NCBI RefSeq assembly: GCF_963921235.1
Contig: NC_086108.1
Coordinates: forward strand, 68,016,001 to 68,080,000
Length of the DNA stretch: 64,000 bases
Reading direction: 5' to 3'
DNA from: Mobula hypostoma
Taxonomy: Eukaryota
Part shown: in pieces, positions 41,340-54,925 of the stretch
How positions within the stretch are numbered: position 1 is the stretch's first letter
Layout of the letters: every line of letters starts with the position of its first letter
Translations under genes and position numbers: made by a program
Notes under the pieces: model-generated
Database searches by the model: none
Told to the model about the DNA's origin: nothing
The model's input: only the letters and a program-made list of their open reading frames with translations

Positions 41340-42750
41340 AACCTCACCTGGGGAAGCTCATTCTGACTTTCTCATTCACTTCCTCCCTCATCTCCATTCA
41401 AGGCTACAAACAGTCCTAGGTAAGGCAGCAATTCATCTGTGAGTCTGCTGGGATCATTTATTTTGAGCTGTACTCCCAATGTGGCCTCCTCTACATTGGT
41501 GAGTAGACAATTTCATCAACTTGGTCTCTTTTATAAGCATACCAATTCACATGGTTATCTTGACTAGACCTCTTCTCACCCTGTCTCCTGTCAAAGTGCT
41601 ATTCCCTCTTCTCAGTTCCTTTGTCTCTGCCACATCTGCACCCAGGGTACTGTATTCCTTTCCAGGACATCAGAGATGTCCTCATTTTTCAAACAACAGG
41701 AGTTTCCCTTCCTCCACCATTGATGCTGCCCTTACCTGCATCAACTCCATTTCCCACTGCCATAACAGTAATAGAGTTCCTCTTGTCCTTACATACCACC
41801 CCATGAGCCTCCACATCCAATACATCATTCTCCACAAATTCCACCATCTCCAAAGGGACCCTATCAGAAGACATATCTTCACCTCCCCTCTCTCTCCACT
41901 CTCCACAGGGATCGCTCCCTCTGTGATTCCCTTTTCCATTCATTCCTCCCGACTAATCTCCCTCCCAGCACTTATCCCTGCAAGCAGCCAAAGTGCTATA
42001 CCTGCCCATCCTCCTCCATTCAGGGCCTCAAACAGTTCTTCCAGGTGAGGCAACACTTCATTTGTGAATTTGCTGGGGTTATCTATTGTGTCCGGTGCTC
42101 TCAATGTGGACTCCTCTACATTTGTGAGACCCGCTGTACATTGGGGGACTGCTTTGTTGAGTACCTCTGCTCTATTCACCAAAAGCTGAAATTCCTGGTG
42201 GCCAAACATTTTAATTCCAATTCCCAGACTCATTTTGACATGTTAGTCCATGGCCTCCACTTGTGCCATGATGAAGCCACCCTCAGGGTGGAGGAGTAAC
42301 ACCTTGTATTCCATCTGGGTGGTCTCAAACCTGATGGCATGAATATCAATTCCTTCTTCCAGAAAAATCTTTTTCCTTCCACCCTTCCCTCTTCTATTCC
42401 CTACTCTGGCCCCTTACCTCTTCTCACCTACCTATCAAGTCGCCCCAGGTCACCTCCACCTTCCCTTTCGCCTATGGTCACTCCCCTCCTATCAGATTCC
42501 TTCCTCTCTAGCCCTTTACCTTTCCTACCCACCTGGCTTCTTCTGTCACCTTATAGCTATCCTAATTTTCCTCCAACCACCTTTTTATTCCAGCATCTTC
42601 CCCCTTCCTTTCCAGTCCTGAAGAAGTGATCGCCTGAAACATTCTGTTTGTTCATTTCCATAGATGTTGCCTGACCTCCTGAGCTCCTCCAGCATTTTGT
42701 GTTTGTTGCTTTATATTTCCAACATCTGCAGTATTTCTCGTGTTTATGTC
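41340..42750 (+). mobile_element. Penelope element 3' part (RT C-terminus, GIY-YIG, pLTR)
   Basis: RVPLVLTYHP (ORF 41521) and QHFICEFAGVIYCVRCSQCGLLYICET (ORF 42045), followed by a CT-rich pLTR. Confidence 0.88.
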
Positions 42751-43961
42751 ATGCTGAGAATTCCTATTAAGTTCCTGCTTTTCCTGATTCTGAATTTATC
42801 CCATTGATACAAGTTAGATTAAAGTTACTCACAGGTTTGAGTATAGCTTCTGTTAAAATTACCATTTCTATCTGCGGTTCCTGACAGAAACTTTGTGATT
42901 TGTTCCTGAACTAGAAATCCAGCAGCTAAATTATTCATCTACTAATATGAATTTAAGTTATATTTCAATTGTTAGCTTATGTAAAATCAATGAATTAAAT
43001 TTGGAATTTAGAAACCTTTTATCAATAATGGTAACTGCAAATTTACTTAATTGTTGTAAACCCCAAAGCAATTTATTAATAACTTATCCAGAAATAACTT
43101 TGAAGTGGTCTTGGAAACAACTCAGCTCAAGAGCAATGAGTTTAGGAAGGAAATGCTGGCCTTTCCAGCAAAATCTGCATCATGATTTAAGTAAAATACA
43201 CAGAAAGTTCAGAATTTTTATAAAAAATGCTTTAATCATGAATGCAGCTGTCGCTGGCAGTGCTAGCCATAACTGTTTGTCCCAGCTTTTATCATTCACT
43301 TACAGGATATGATCTTTACTGGCAATGGCAGCATATAACACTGTCTTTAACTTGCATTGAAATGATGGAGGCCAGCCTATTCTTTAAACTGTTGAATGTA
43401 TACCACCAGTGTGGTAAAGTGCGGAGTACCAGAATTTTCGCAAATGACAATGAAAACTGCAGCTAAGGTTTGGGTCAATGGCAGATGATTCATCCAATAT
43501 TATTATTAATTTGTCAAATCATGCTCAAGTTTACCCTTGCTTCATGTTCATCTCTACACTGCAAATACTTAATACAGTGGTAGTACTAATTATTTGCAGT
43601 TGTGTGGCTCCTAACATCCTGGAGGTGTTGTTCAGCAAAGTGCAGCAAATTGCAAGAATGCACAAGGAGTAGACCAGCCTTCTTCGAAGTGTTGACCCTG
43701 GATAGATTCTCTGAGATAGCGATGCTACTTTGAGTTACTGCTCGAAGCTGCTTGCCCTTTCCAGTGCTGGCACCTCACTGAGGACTGAGGAATGTTCTCC
43801 TGCCTTCCTCTCCCTGAAATCCACCGTCATTTCCTTGGTCTTGCTGACACTTAAGATGCCAGCTTGAAGATGCAACACCACTCAGCTAGCCATTCTATGC
43901 CACTCCTGTATGCCTCAATGTTGCCATGATAGTCAAGCACAAGAACACCACCAGTCAACAC

Positions 43962-44258
43962 GACATCAGTGATATTAACAAGGGAGGTTACAAGAAGATG
44001 TTAAGGAGGGATGAGCAAAGGTTGAAGAACACGATCAGTAAAGACAACCTCATTGCCACACAAGGTGTTCACTGCCCTTCTTCACCTCAAGAGGTTCATG
44101 AAGTCTGTTGTGATGGAAACTACATTGACAAGAATGGTGATGGTATGGTGGATCTGTACGAATATTTTTCTGATTTGTACACTCCAGAAAATGGTAATCC
44201 AGAAAGAGACTGGGTGAAAAGTGAACAAGAGCAGTTCATCTTCAATAAGGATGGGAAT
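43962..44258 (+). pseudogene. Processed fragment of a CREC-family EF-hand gene (reticulocalbin/calumenin-like)
   Basis: YKKMLRRDEQRLK...DNLIAT, then frameshifted FTALLH and FMKSVVMET, then IDKNGDGMVDLYEYFSDLYTPENGNPERDWVKSEQEQF...NKDG. Colinear with the RCN1/RCN3/CALU central EF-hands and without introns. Confidence 0.85.
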
Positions 44259-44259
44259 G

Positions 44260-46320
44260 TTTGGGAGGCAGATTTTGGAAAGATGCAAAAATAATAGGAT
44301 TGTTGTCATGGGTGACGTCAACTTCCTTAATATTGATTACATCTCCTTTGTGCAAAAAGTTTAAATGGGGTGGAATTTGTTAGGTCTGTCCAGGAAGGAT
44401 TCCTGACACAATATGTAGACAGACTGACCAGAGGAGAGGTCATACTGGATCTGGTACTAGGCAATGATTCTACTTAGGTGACAAATTTCTCGGTGAATGA
44501 ACATTCCCAAGACAGTGACAACAACTCTGTGACTTTTACTATAGCCTTTGACCGAGACAGGAACAGACAACGTGGGAAATTACTTCATGGGGGGGGGTGC
44601 ATATTATGATGCTATGACTCAGGTACCCGGGCACGCAAATTAGGAACGGATGTACTAATGGAAGTGCACAAGGAAGTGTGGATTTTGTTCAGGGAGGACT
44701 TGAATGGGGTTCTAGATAGGTTTTTCCCTTTGAGGCAGGGAAAGGATGGTAAGGTGAAGGAACTATGGTTAACAAAAGATGTGAAACATTAAATCAAGAG
44801 GCAGGAAAAAAGCATACTTAAGCTTTCAGAAGCAAGGATCAGACTGGGCACTACAGAGCTATAAGGTAGCCAGCAAGGAGCGTAGGAATAGATTTAGAGG
44901 AGCTAGATCGGGGCATAAATGAATGGGATTAAGGAAAACCCTAAGGCATTCTACATTTACATGAGGAAAAGGAGGATAGCTGGAGTGAGGGCATGATTGT
45001 TCAGTGATAAAAGAGGGAAGAAGTGTCTGGAGTCTGAGGAGGCAGGGAGGTCCTTAATAAATACTTCTGAAGCAAAGTGAGAGGGACCATGATGAATATG
45101 ACATCAGCAAAGAATAGGCTGATATGCTGAAACATATCAACATTAAGGAAGAATATGTGCTGGAACTTCTGAGAATTATTTGGATAGGTAAGTCCCTAGG
45201 CCAGATAGGATATTATCCAAGTTACTACTGAAAGCAAGGGAAGAGATTTCTGTGCCTTTGGCAATGAACTTTGCATCCTCGCTGACCACAGGAGTAGCAT
45301 CAGAATATTGGAGTGTGGCAAAAATTATTCATTTGTTAAAGAAAGGTAACAGGGATATCCCTGGAATTATAGACCAGTGGGTCTCATATCAGTGGTGGGT
45401 AAACTATTGGAAAGGATTCTTATTGACAGGATTTACGAACATTTGAAGCATAGTCTGATCAGGGAAAGTCTCATGGATTTGTGAGGGGCAGGTCATGCCT
45501 CACAAGCCTGATTGAGTTCTTTCAGAAAGTAACAAAACAAGTTGATAAAGCCAGAGCAGTGGATGTGGTGTATATGAATTTTTAGTAACGCTTTTGACAA
45601 GGTTCCCCATGGTAGGCTCATTCAGGAAGTCAAAAGGCATGGAGAAATTTTGCACTGACTCAGAATTGAATTACTCACAGCAGGCAGAGGGTGGTAGTAG
45701 ATGGATCATGTTCTGCCTGCAGGTTGGTGATCAGTGGTGTTCCATAGGGATCTGTCATGGGACCCTTGTTCTTAATGAGTTTTATAAATGACTTGGATGA
45801 GGAAGTGGAAGAGTGAGTTAGTAAGTTTGCAGATGCCACAAAGATTGGAGGTGTTAAGGGTAGTCTAGAAGGTTGCAGTAGGTTAAAACGGGATATTGAT
45901 AGAATGCAGAGATGGGCTAAGAAGAGGCAGATGGAGTTCAATCCAGAAAAAGTGTAAACTGATTCACTCTGGAAAGCCAAACATGAAGACAGAACATAGG
46001 TTTAATGAGACTTTTTCTCAGAGTAGAAATTGTTACTACAAAGTGGCATAAATTTATGGTATTTGGAGAAAAGTAAGGGAGGGATGTCAGAGGTAGGATT
46101 TTTACACAAGACTGGTAGGTGCCTGGAACACACTGCCAGGGATGGTGGGAGAGGCAGATACATTATGGGCATTTATGAAACCCTCAGATAGGTGCATGGA
46201 TGAAATAAAAATAGAGGGCTATGTGGCAGAGAAGAGATACATTGCTCTTAGAGTAAGTTAAAGGTTTGGCACAACATCATTGGCCGGAGGGCCTGTATTG
46301 TGCTGTACTGTTCAATGTTT
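44260..46320 (+). mobile_element. CR1 (endonuclease to 3' end), decayed
   Basis: Starts GRQILERCKNNRIVVMGD (endonuclease), contains RT remnants (KFADATK) and ends TGTGCTGTACTGTTCAATGTT. Confidence 0.88.
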
Positions 46321-46889
46321 TACAAGTTGGTCCTTGAAATAGGAGGAGGGTTAATGATTTGATTCAGGTTGCAAAGGTTAGGATTATTAGCAGAAACTTT
46401 GCATCATTCTTTGCATAAACCCATAGTTCATGAAGTCTCAATATTTACCATGCTCTTCTCAGAGCACCAGTATTTTCTATCATTAATTTTGTTTCCTATT
46501 GAATCTCTCGCCACACTGTTTACTTTTCCATGATTGCCTTCAATTCATATCTTTGAGAATATGCACACTCAGGTTATCTCAGACAATCACCACATATACC
46601 CTTCCTTCTTGTAGACATGTTCCCAAATATTTTTGGCTTACCGCCCTCTTGGCTCCAGACCACATTTCCAGCACACTCCTCTCCCTTTCCTGTCATTACA
46701 TAAAAACTATAAAGAATTCTGATTTTGTGTTGCAGAGTGAAAGGAAATGGGAACTGCATATTCAAAACAGTGACCAAGGATCTCAAAGATTATTCAAATC
46801 TATTTAAAGCTGCAAATAAAATTATCTATTTAGTTTTTTCAGCATCCAGTAGTGTCTAAATATTCACTACTTCACTCTTTTCACTACTT

Positions 46890-49800
46890 CACTTACTTCA
46901 AAGAATTTTATCACCGTTTCAAAAGACACATAAAAGCATCTCAGGCAGTTTCCTTTTGAGGGTCATCTTACTTCTATGTGTAACAGCAAGTATTCAAGAT
47001 ATTCACCATTCTCCACACAAAGCTCACAACATAGTCAAAGATTGGGTCAAGGGATGATTTTATTTACTGCTGTGATTACGGCATTTAATAATTTGTGCAG
47101 CCAATCATTTAGGTTTTTTTGAGACGGGGTGTTATCTGTGAAATATACAGTGAATGGTAAATATGTTAGGTACAGCTTTTTTCAAGAAAGTAATAACCAC
47201 ACGGTGATGTCTTGTCATTGATGGTATCCCATCTGTTGCACAATCAAGAAGATTTCTAAGCAGAATGCTTTCCTCTTTGAAAGTTTGCTCAACAACCCAA
47301 AATATTGGCCCCCACCCCTTCATATCTGTTTCTAGTCCCGTTGTAAATAAAAGCTCTTGAACCATGTTTTCATCTTCAGCAAACATAACCAAGAAGCAAA
47401 GATTTGCTTCCTGATAAAGTTGACTCATCCCACTGCAGAGTAAATTCTGTTGTGCTAAGTATGTTGCACCAATGTGTCATCACAATCTCAGAAATTTCAA
47501 CTATTCATCTTCGAACAGAGTTGTTGCTAAGCAGAATCACTTTAATTATTTGGTCTGGAGACTTATGTAAAACCATATTCAAGACCCTCCTGTACTGCTG
47601 GCAGAATCAGTTCTTCTCCTATTGTACGGGGCTTTATATGTTGCATGTTGTGTGAAGCACACAAACCATCACTGTTATGTTGTGAAGTGCTGGCAAACAT
47701 GCTTTGAAGTATTTTCCATTTCTGTAAGTTTTCACAAAGTGACTAAAAATAAGCTAAGTTCTGGTTTGCTTTATCATAAAAACATAGAAACATAGAAAAT
47801 AGGTGCAGGAGTAGGCCATTCGGCCCTTCGAGCCTGCACCGCCATTTATTATTTATTATGGCTGATCCTCCAACTCAGAACCCCGCCCCAGCCTTCCCTC
47901 CATACCCCCTGACCCCCATTGCCACAAGGGCCATATCTAACTCCCTCTTAAATATAGCCAATGAACTGGCCTCAACTGTTTCCTGTGGCAGAGAATTCCA
48001 CAGATTCACCACTCTCTGTGTGAAGAAGTTTTTCCTAATCTCGGTCCTAAAAGGCTTCCCCTTTATCCTCAAACTGTGACCTCTCGTTCTGGACTTCCCC
48101 AACATCGGGAACAATCTTCCTGCATCTAGCCTGTCCAATCCCTTTAGGATCTTATACGTTTCAATCAGATCCCCCCTCAATCTTCTAAATTCCAACGAGT
48201 ACAAGCCCAGTTCATCCAGTCTTTCTTCATATGAAAGTCCTGCCATCCCAGGAATCAATCTGGTGAACCTTCTTTGTACTCCCTCTATGGCAAGGATGTC
48301 TTTCCTCAGATTAAGGGACCAAAACTGCACACAATACTCCAGGTGTGGTCTCACCAAGGCCTTGTACAAATGCAGTAGTACCTCCCTGCTCCTGTACTCG
48401 AATCCTCTCGCTATAAATGCCAGCATACCATTCGCCTTTTTCACCGCCTGCTGTACCTGCATGCCCACTTTCAATGACTGGTGTATAATGACACCCAGGT
48501 CTCGTTGCACCTCCCCTTTTCCTAATCGGCCACCATTCAGATAATAATCTGTTTTCCTATTTTTGCCACCAAAGTGGATAACTTCACATTTATCCACGTT
48601 AAATTGCATCTGCCATGAATTTGCCCACTCACCCAACCTATCCAAGACACCCTACATCCTCTTAGCATCCTCCTCACAGCTAACACTGCCACCCCAGCTT
48701 CGTGTCATCCACAAACTTGGAGATGCTGCATTTAATTCCCTCATCCAAGTCATTAATATATATTGTAAACAACTGGGGTCCCAGCACTGAGCCTTGCGGT
48801 ACCCCACTAGTCACCGCCTGCCATTCTGAAAAGGTCCCGTTTATTCCCACTCTTTGCTTCCTATCTGCTAACCAATTTTCCACCCACACCAATACCTTAC
48901 CCCCAATACCGTGTGCTTTAAGTTTGCACACTAATCTCCTGTGTGGGACCTTGTCAAAAGCCTTTTGAAAATCCAAATATACCACATCCACTGGTCATCC
49001 CCTATCCACTCTACTAGTTACATCCTCAAAAAATTCTATGAGATTCGTCAGACATGATTTTCCTTTCACAAATCCATGCTGACTTTGTCCGATCATTTCA
49101 CCGCTTTCCAAATGTGCTGTTATCACATCCTTGATAACTGACTCCAGCAGTTTCCCCACCACCGACGTTAGGTTAACCGGTCTATAATTCCCCAGTTTCT
49201 CTCTCCCTCCTTTTTTAAAAAGTGGAGTTACATTAGCCACCCTCCAATCCTCAGGAACTAGTCCAGAATCTAACGAGTTTTGAAAATTATCACTAATGCA
49301 TCCACTATTTCTTGGGCTACTTCCTTAAGCACTCTAGGATGCAGACCATCTGGCCCTGGGGATTTATCTGCCTTCAATCCCTTCAATTTACCTAACACCA
49401 CTTCCCTACTAACATGTATTTCACTCAGTTCCTCCATCTCATTGGACCCTCTGTCCCCTACTATTTCTGGAAGATTATTTATGTCCTCCTTAGTGAAGAC
49501 AGAACCAAAGTAATTATTCAATTGGTCTGCCATGTCCTTGCTCCCCATAATCAATTCACCTGTTTCTGACTGCAGGGGACCTACATTTGTCTTTACCAGT
49601 CTTTTCCTTTTTACATATCTATAAAAGCTTTTACAGTCCGTTTTTATGTTCCCTGCCAGTTTTCTCTCATAATCTTTTTTCCCCTTCCTAATTAAGCCCT
49701 TTGTCCTCCTCTGCTGAACTCTGAATTTCTCCCAGTCCTCAAGTGAGCCACTTTCTCTGGCTAATTTGTATGCTTCTTCTTTGGAATTGATACTATCCCT

Positions 49801-51100
49801 AATTTCTCTTGTCAGCCACGGGTGCACTACCTTCCTTGATTTATTCTTTTGCCAAACTGGGATGAACAATTGTTGTAGTTCATCCATGCAACCTTTAAAT
49901 GCTTGCCATTGCATATCCACCGTCAATCCTTTAAGTGTCATTTGCCAGTCTATCTTAGCTAATTCACGTCTCATACCTTCAAAGTTACCCCTCTTTAAGT
50001 TCAGAACCTTTGTTTCTGAATTAACTATGTCACTCTCCATATTAATGAAGAATTCCACCATATTATGGTCACTCTTACCCAAGGGGCCTCTCACGACAAG
50101 ATTGCTAATTAACCCTTCCTCATTGCTCAAAACCCAGTCCAGAATAGCCTGCTCTCTAGTTGGTTCCTCGGCATGTTGGTTCAAAAAACCATCCCGCATG
50201 CATTCCAAGAAATCCTCTTCCTCAGCACCTTTACCAATTTGGTTCACCCAATCTACATGAAGATTGAAGTCTCCCATTATAACTGCTGTTCCTTTATTGC
50301 ACACATTTCTAATTTCCTGTTTAATACCATCTCCAACCTCACTACTACTGTTAGGTGGCCTGTACACAACTCCCACCAGCGTCTTCTGCCCCTTAGTGTT
50401 ACGCAGCTCTACCCATATCGATTCCACATCTTCCCGGCTTATGTCCTTCCTTTCTATTGCGTTAATCTCTTTTTTAACCAGCAACGCCACCCCACCTCCC
50501 CTTCCTTCATGTCTATCCCTCCTGAATATTGAATATCCCTGAACGTTGAGCTCCCATCCCTGGTCACCCTGGAGCCATGTCTCTGTGATCCTAACTATAT
50601 CATAATCATTAATAACAATCTGCACTTTCAATTCATCCACCTTATTACGAATGCTTCTTGCATTGACACACAAAGCCTTCAGGCGCTCTTTTACAACTCT
50701 CTTAGCCCTTATACAATTATGTTGAAAAGCGGCCCTTTTTAATGCTTGCCCTGGATTTGTCGGCCTGCCACTTTTACTTTTCTTCTTAGTACTTTTTGCT
50801 TCTACCCTCACTTTACACCCCTCTGTCTCTCTGCACTGGTTCCCATCCCCCTGTTGTGAACATATTGTATTCTCTTCCAATGTTCAAGAAGCCTGGGCAG
50901 CTTCATTGCCTCATTTGAAAAAAAAACTTTTTCACACAACCAACAATTGGCTGTTGTTGGTTGCTTGATGCTGGTATAAACCCATATTTCAGATACTTCA
51001 CACTATACTGCCCACACTTCTTTTATTGTTTGGTCTACCTCTGCCATTTTCTTTATGGATTAATTACCACAGTTAATCATCCACTGTTTAAATCCAACCT
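46890..51100 (-). mobile_element. hAT Buster/Charlie-type transposase relic split by a CR1
   Basis: ORF 47132..47428 has CATDGIPSM and HCIFHR. The N-terminal part (QYSVKYLKYGFIP...SNEAMK...LEH) lies at about 50865-51010, and the frame rejoins across the CR1 as KRIQY|DKANQ. Confidence 0.8.
47779..50860 (-). mobile_element. Young 5'-truncated CR1 with near-complete ORF2 (endonuclease and RT)
   Basis: [58 protein letters not shown]; (CATAGAAA)n tail; CATA duplication at 47775-47778 and 50861-50864; at least two frameshifts and one stop. Confidence 0.95.
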
Positions 51101-52509
51101 CAAGCACTTCGATAAATAAAAGGAAAAATTATAATGTCATCATAGGAAAAATCTAACTCTCTACCTGAAGGTAAATAAGGTAGGGCAGCAATATCTCAGT
51201 TGAACCGTGGGCTAGAGAAATGCGGTCAAGACCATTGAAAAGAACAGATTCTGAACTTCACTACACTCACAGGAATTACATCACTGTGTGTTTAGTGTAT
51301 GGGAATCATACTTGCTAAGAATATACTGCAATAATGAATGCAATAGTGCATGAGCCAGGTCCAGAAATAACACAACATCTTCATTTCTCATGATATACCA
51401 AACTGAGAAGTATTGCATTGCTTTTCAAAAACTGTAACGCGCTTCGACTAAAGTCTAAGAGAATGGTGGGTTAGCGAGAGGTGAAGTGATTACAAGATCA
51501 TTGTAACTAATTATGAGGCACTAAGGATCAGATGCTTATAACAGGTCATTCATTTCCTAAATTAAGCTGTATCCCTCAGATGCTCCTCTTACTACCGAGC
51601 ATCCCCGACACTGCCCCCTTTATCCTTACTATCCCCTTAAGAACTCTCATACCCCCAGGAGGTTGGGGGTGGGGGCGATATCATCTACTGTAGGAACCAC
51701 AATGTAGCCAAGTTGCAGAATAAGGTAAGATTGGGGGAAAGAAGGTCGGGTATTGATTGAGTTAATCCATTTAGGAGCACATCATGCAGATCACAAAAGT
51801 GTGTGCCATGTTATATCATTCATGTGAGTTCAAGCTGGAGAACATAGCCTTAAATGGTCTCGATTATCTACATAACCTTTCTTTACCAGTGGACAGTAAT
51901 CTCCTCCTCCTTAGCCAGACTAGCACAGCCTGCAGAAAAAAAAACATATCCTCATAATCTCTGACGTAGAAACTTATCTTTCAGATATTAGAACATTGGA
52001 GTTAGAACCAATGCTCCAGAAGACCCTGGGGAAATAGATCCACCAATATTGTCTTCCACTCCTTCATCCTCCAGTGTTATTTGTTAGGAAGGGCCTGTAT
52101 CCCCTCCAGCTTCTGCTGTTTTGGATGTATTAAAACACCCATTATTAAAATTACAAACAGATAGCTTTATTTCAGCAATATTGAAAATGTTCCTAAACTT
52201 CAGTGATTCCAAAGCATTGCTCCAACTATCTATTAAGCAGACCTACAAATAATTGACAACAAAATTAACTCCAACTCTCTGAAGTTTCTTTAAGAGTCTC
52301 TGAGGCAATATCGTTGGTTACAAAATCATATTGGATTTGCAGCTCTACCATTGTTTAAGTTGTATTCAATGGTTCCACAGAAACTATTTTCAATAGTCTA
52401 TGAAACTGGCTGACATGATGGAACACACCATAAAGGATGAAGTGTTGTAGCAATATCCAAGCAGAGTGAGCCACCTACCTTAGAAAGCTCTAACTAGGCT
52501 AACACTCAG

Positions 52510-52640
52510 CTGTAAACAAGAGAAAATCTGCAGATGCTGGAAATCCAATCAGCACACAATGCTGAAGGAACTCAGCAGGCCAGGCTGCATCTATGGAAAA
52601 GAGTAAACAGTCAGTGTTTTTCGACTGAAACCCTTCAGGA
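52510..52640 (-). mobile_element. Penelope pLTR tail
   Basis: AAATCTGCAGATGCTGGAAATCC...GGAACTCAGCAGGCCAGG...CCCTTCAGGAC. Confidence 0.7.
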
Positions 52641-53439
52641 CAGAAGAGAAAAATAATCTCAGCTGTGAAGCATTTCCAGATAGATTGAAGCACAGCAAAC
52701 CATGACAGCAGAGCAATGCCAGCAAAGGCATGTTAAATAAATAATTGCACAAAATATGAGAGCCTAATAAATTGCCTTCCTCAACTCAAGCCTGGGTGAC
52801 TGAAATAAGAAATTAGTAAGCTGGTTCAAGCACAAGACAAAGATGAAGCAACAATGGAAATTGAGAACGAAGATTGCAGCAAGACCACTAAACTTTGAAC
52901 ATCTTATAACAGCATACTAAAATAGCTATCATGGGGAAAAAAGGAACCAAAGTCTTTCTTTGAGGATCAGATACAGATATCAACTTTATATGTACACTAC
53001 AAAACACTGAAGTCCCTCCTGTGCAAAGAGTGAAATAATCAGAAGAAACTATAGTCCTGCATCCTTCCAATAGGTGAGCATGTGGCGAAGTGTAGGCTAT
53101 GGTCAGGCCGCTGGCAGCTCACCTTCCTGTGTGATGCCTGATAGTGAGGCATGAATTAGGAAGGAAGCAGAAAATTATGGTACGTGCATTCAGGTGTTCA
53201 GAAGATGAGGAAATCTCGGATGCTGTCACTACATTAACAAAATAAAAATCACCATTTCAAATCATTTTGTGTGCCCCCCTATTCTTTCTTCTTTCAGTCA
53301 TTTTTTTTTAGGTCAGGGCATTGCTGATGAGTTTAGCATTTATCACCTGTGGCTACCTGCCCTCATGAAGGTGACAGTGATATACGTTCCCGCACCATTT
53401 CAGATGTCCTACGATGTTTTTAAGCAGGAACTCTAGGAA

Positions 53440-54056
53440 CAGGGTGGAACACCTGTGGCACACGTGCCCCCGATAGAATGCATAAAAATTTTGTTGGCAC
53501 ATGGCATGCACTGCCACCCCTTGATTCTTTAAGCTGCACCCAAATTAAAAAAGATGAAAAGATGTATGATTATTGTTACTGCTAAATGAAACAGAAAATT
53601 ATTTTTTATAACCCAAGAGCAGTGAGATGTTTTCATTGGCAACATCTCACGCCGACTAGGCACGGCTAGATGGTTGTGAGGAATCAAGGCGTTTGAAATC
53701 CTCGCATACCTGGTGTACACATCAGTATCTGGACAGTAAACAGTTACAATAACAACACTATTTAGAAACAATGTTAATTTTCAATTGTGCTTCAAAAGAT
53801 TAATATTAATAATTTTGAACAGGTTTTCTAAAATGCTTCATTAATTTCAATGTCTCTGTTATACTTTTATTAATAGTAAAACAATCAATACATAAAAATT
53901 AGGACCAAGACCCATCCTTTGTCTTTAAAATGGTCTATAATTATTTTACTAACTTATTAGTCATCTCAGCTCAAAAATTACCATAGCACATGAGATGATA
54001 CTTGGATGATTATTGCCAATTTGGGCACACGCTCTCGAAAAAGTTAAACACCTCTG
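53440..54056. mobile_element. Non-autonomous hAT (Buster/Charlie-like) element
   Basis: Termini CAGGGTGGAACACCTGTGGCACACG and AAGTTAAACACCTCTG; flanks CTCTAGGA(A) and CTCCAGGA resemble an 8-bp TSD with central TA. Confidence 0.6.
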
Positions 54057-54679
54057 CTCCAGGATTTAGATCCAGAATGACAGAATGCTGCTACATTTCC
54101 AAATCAGAATCATATGTGAACCTGCAGATGATGCCCATGGCACTTATCCTCCTTGATGGTAGAGGTTGCATGCATTGCACGTGCCACTGGACAGATTAGA
54201 TAAAGAACTGCTTTGCCTTTTGCAGATGTAACACTTTCAAGATTACTCTGGTGGTGGTGGCATATGGAATGTACATGTAGGATAGTGATTAGTGTGCCAA
54301 ACAAACTGGCTGGTGATGAGTTTGAGTTAGGTTGGAATTGCTGATAACCAACAAATGAAGCTCTGAAGGCTTCAAATTACGTATATGTTTTGTTATAAAT
54401 CATGCCTTAGGAATTTAGGAGTTCATTTTAATCAGTGTGTTGCACCTGTTTACTAAGAGATGCAATTTAAAAAGTAGGTCAAAGGTTAATGCCTCCTAAC
54501 CATTAATACCAAACATAAAGTACTATATCGTAACAGTCAGTTTGCACAAGCTACAATTCTCCAGGCATATTACCCTACCCAGAATGAGCTTGTTATTGCA
54601 AAAGAAATCTTAAAAGGTTATTGAACAAAGGTATGTTTGATATTAACCCTTATCAAAGTGGCTTTGCCTGAAGTTTCAA

Positions 54680-54925
54680 TGATTCAGTTCCTGCAACTGT
54701 CTGTAAAGAGTTTGCATGCTCTCCCCGTGACCACCTGGGTTTCTTCTGGGGGCTCCTGTTTCCTCCCACATTCTAAAGACACATGGTTAGGGTGAGGGAG
54801 TTGTAGGCACACTATGTTGGTGCCAAGAACGTGGCACCATCCTCGCTGATTTGATTTAATGAAAATGACGCATTTCATGACGTTTCAGTATACATATGGC
54901 AAATAGAACTAATCTTTAACCTTTA
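54680..54925 (+). mobile_element. V/HE1-like SINE
   Basis: GAGTTTGCATGCTCTCCCCGTGACCACCTGGGTTTCTTCTGGGGGCTCCTGTTTCCTCCCACATTC. Confidence 0.65.

Noticed and set aside
43926..44294. 122-aa EF-hand ORF as a functional gene
   Set aside because: The start lies in an antisense LINE fragment, the middle is out of frame relative to CREC proteins, and the end runs into CR1. It is a pseudogene fragment.
49270..50880. 536-aa ORF as an intact gene
   Set aside because: It is CR1 ORF2. The listed start lies in flanking hAT sequence, and the RT downstream has frameshifts and a stop.
51860..52245. Exon-like unique sequence with a minus-strand acceptor at about 51931
   Set aside because: Stops occur in the long frame and no family was recognised.
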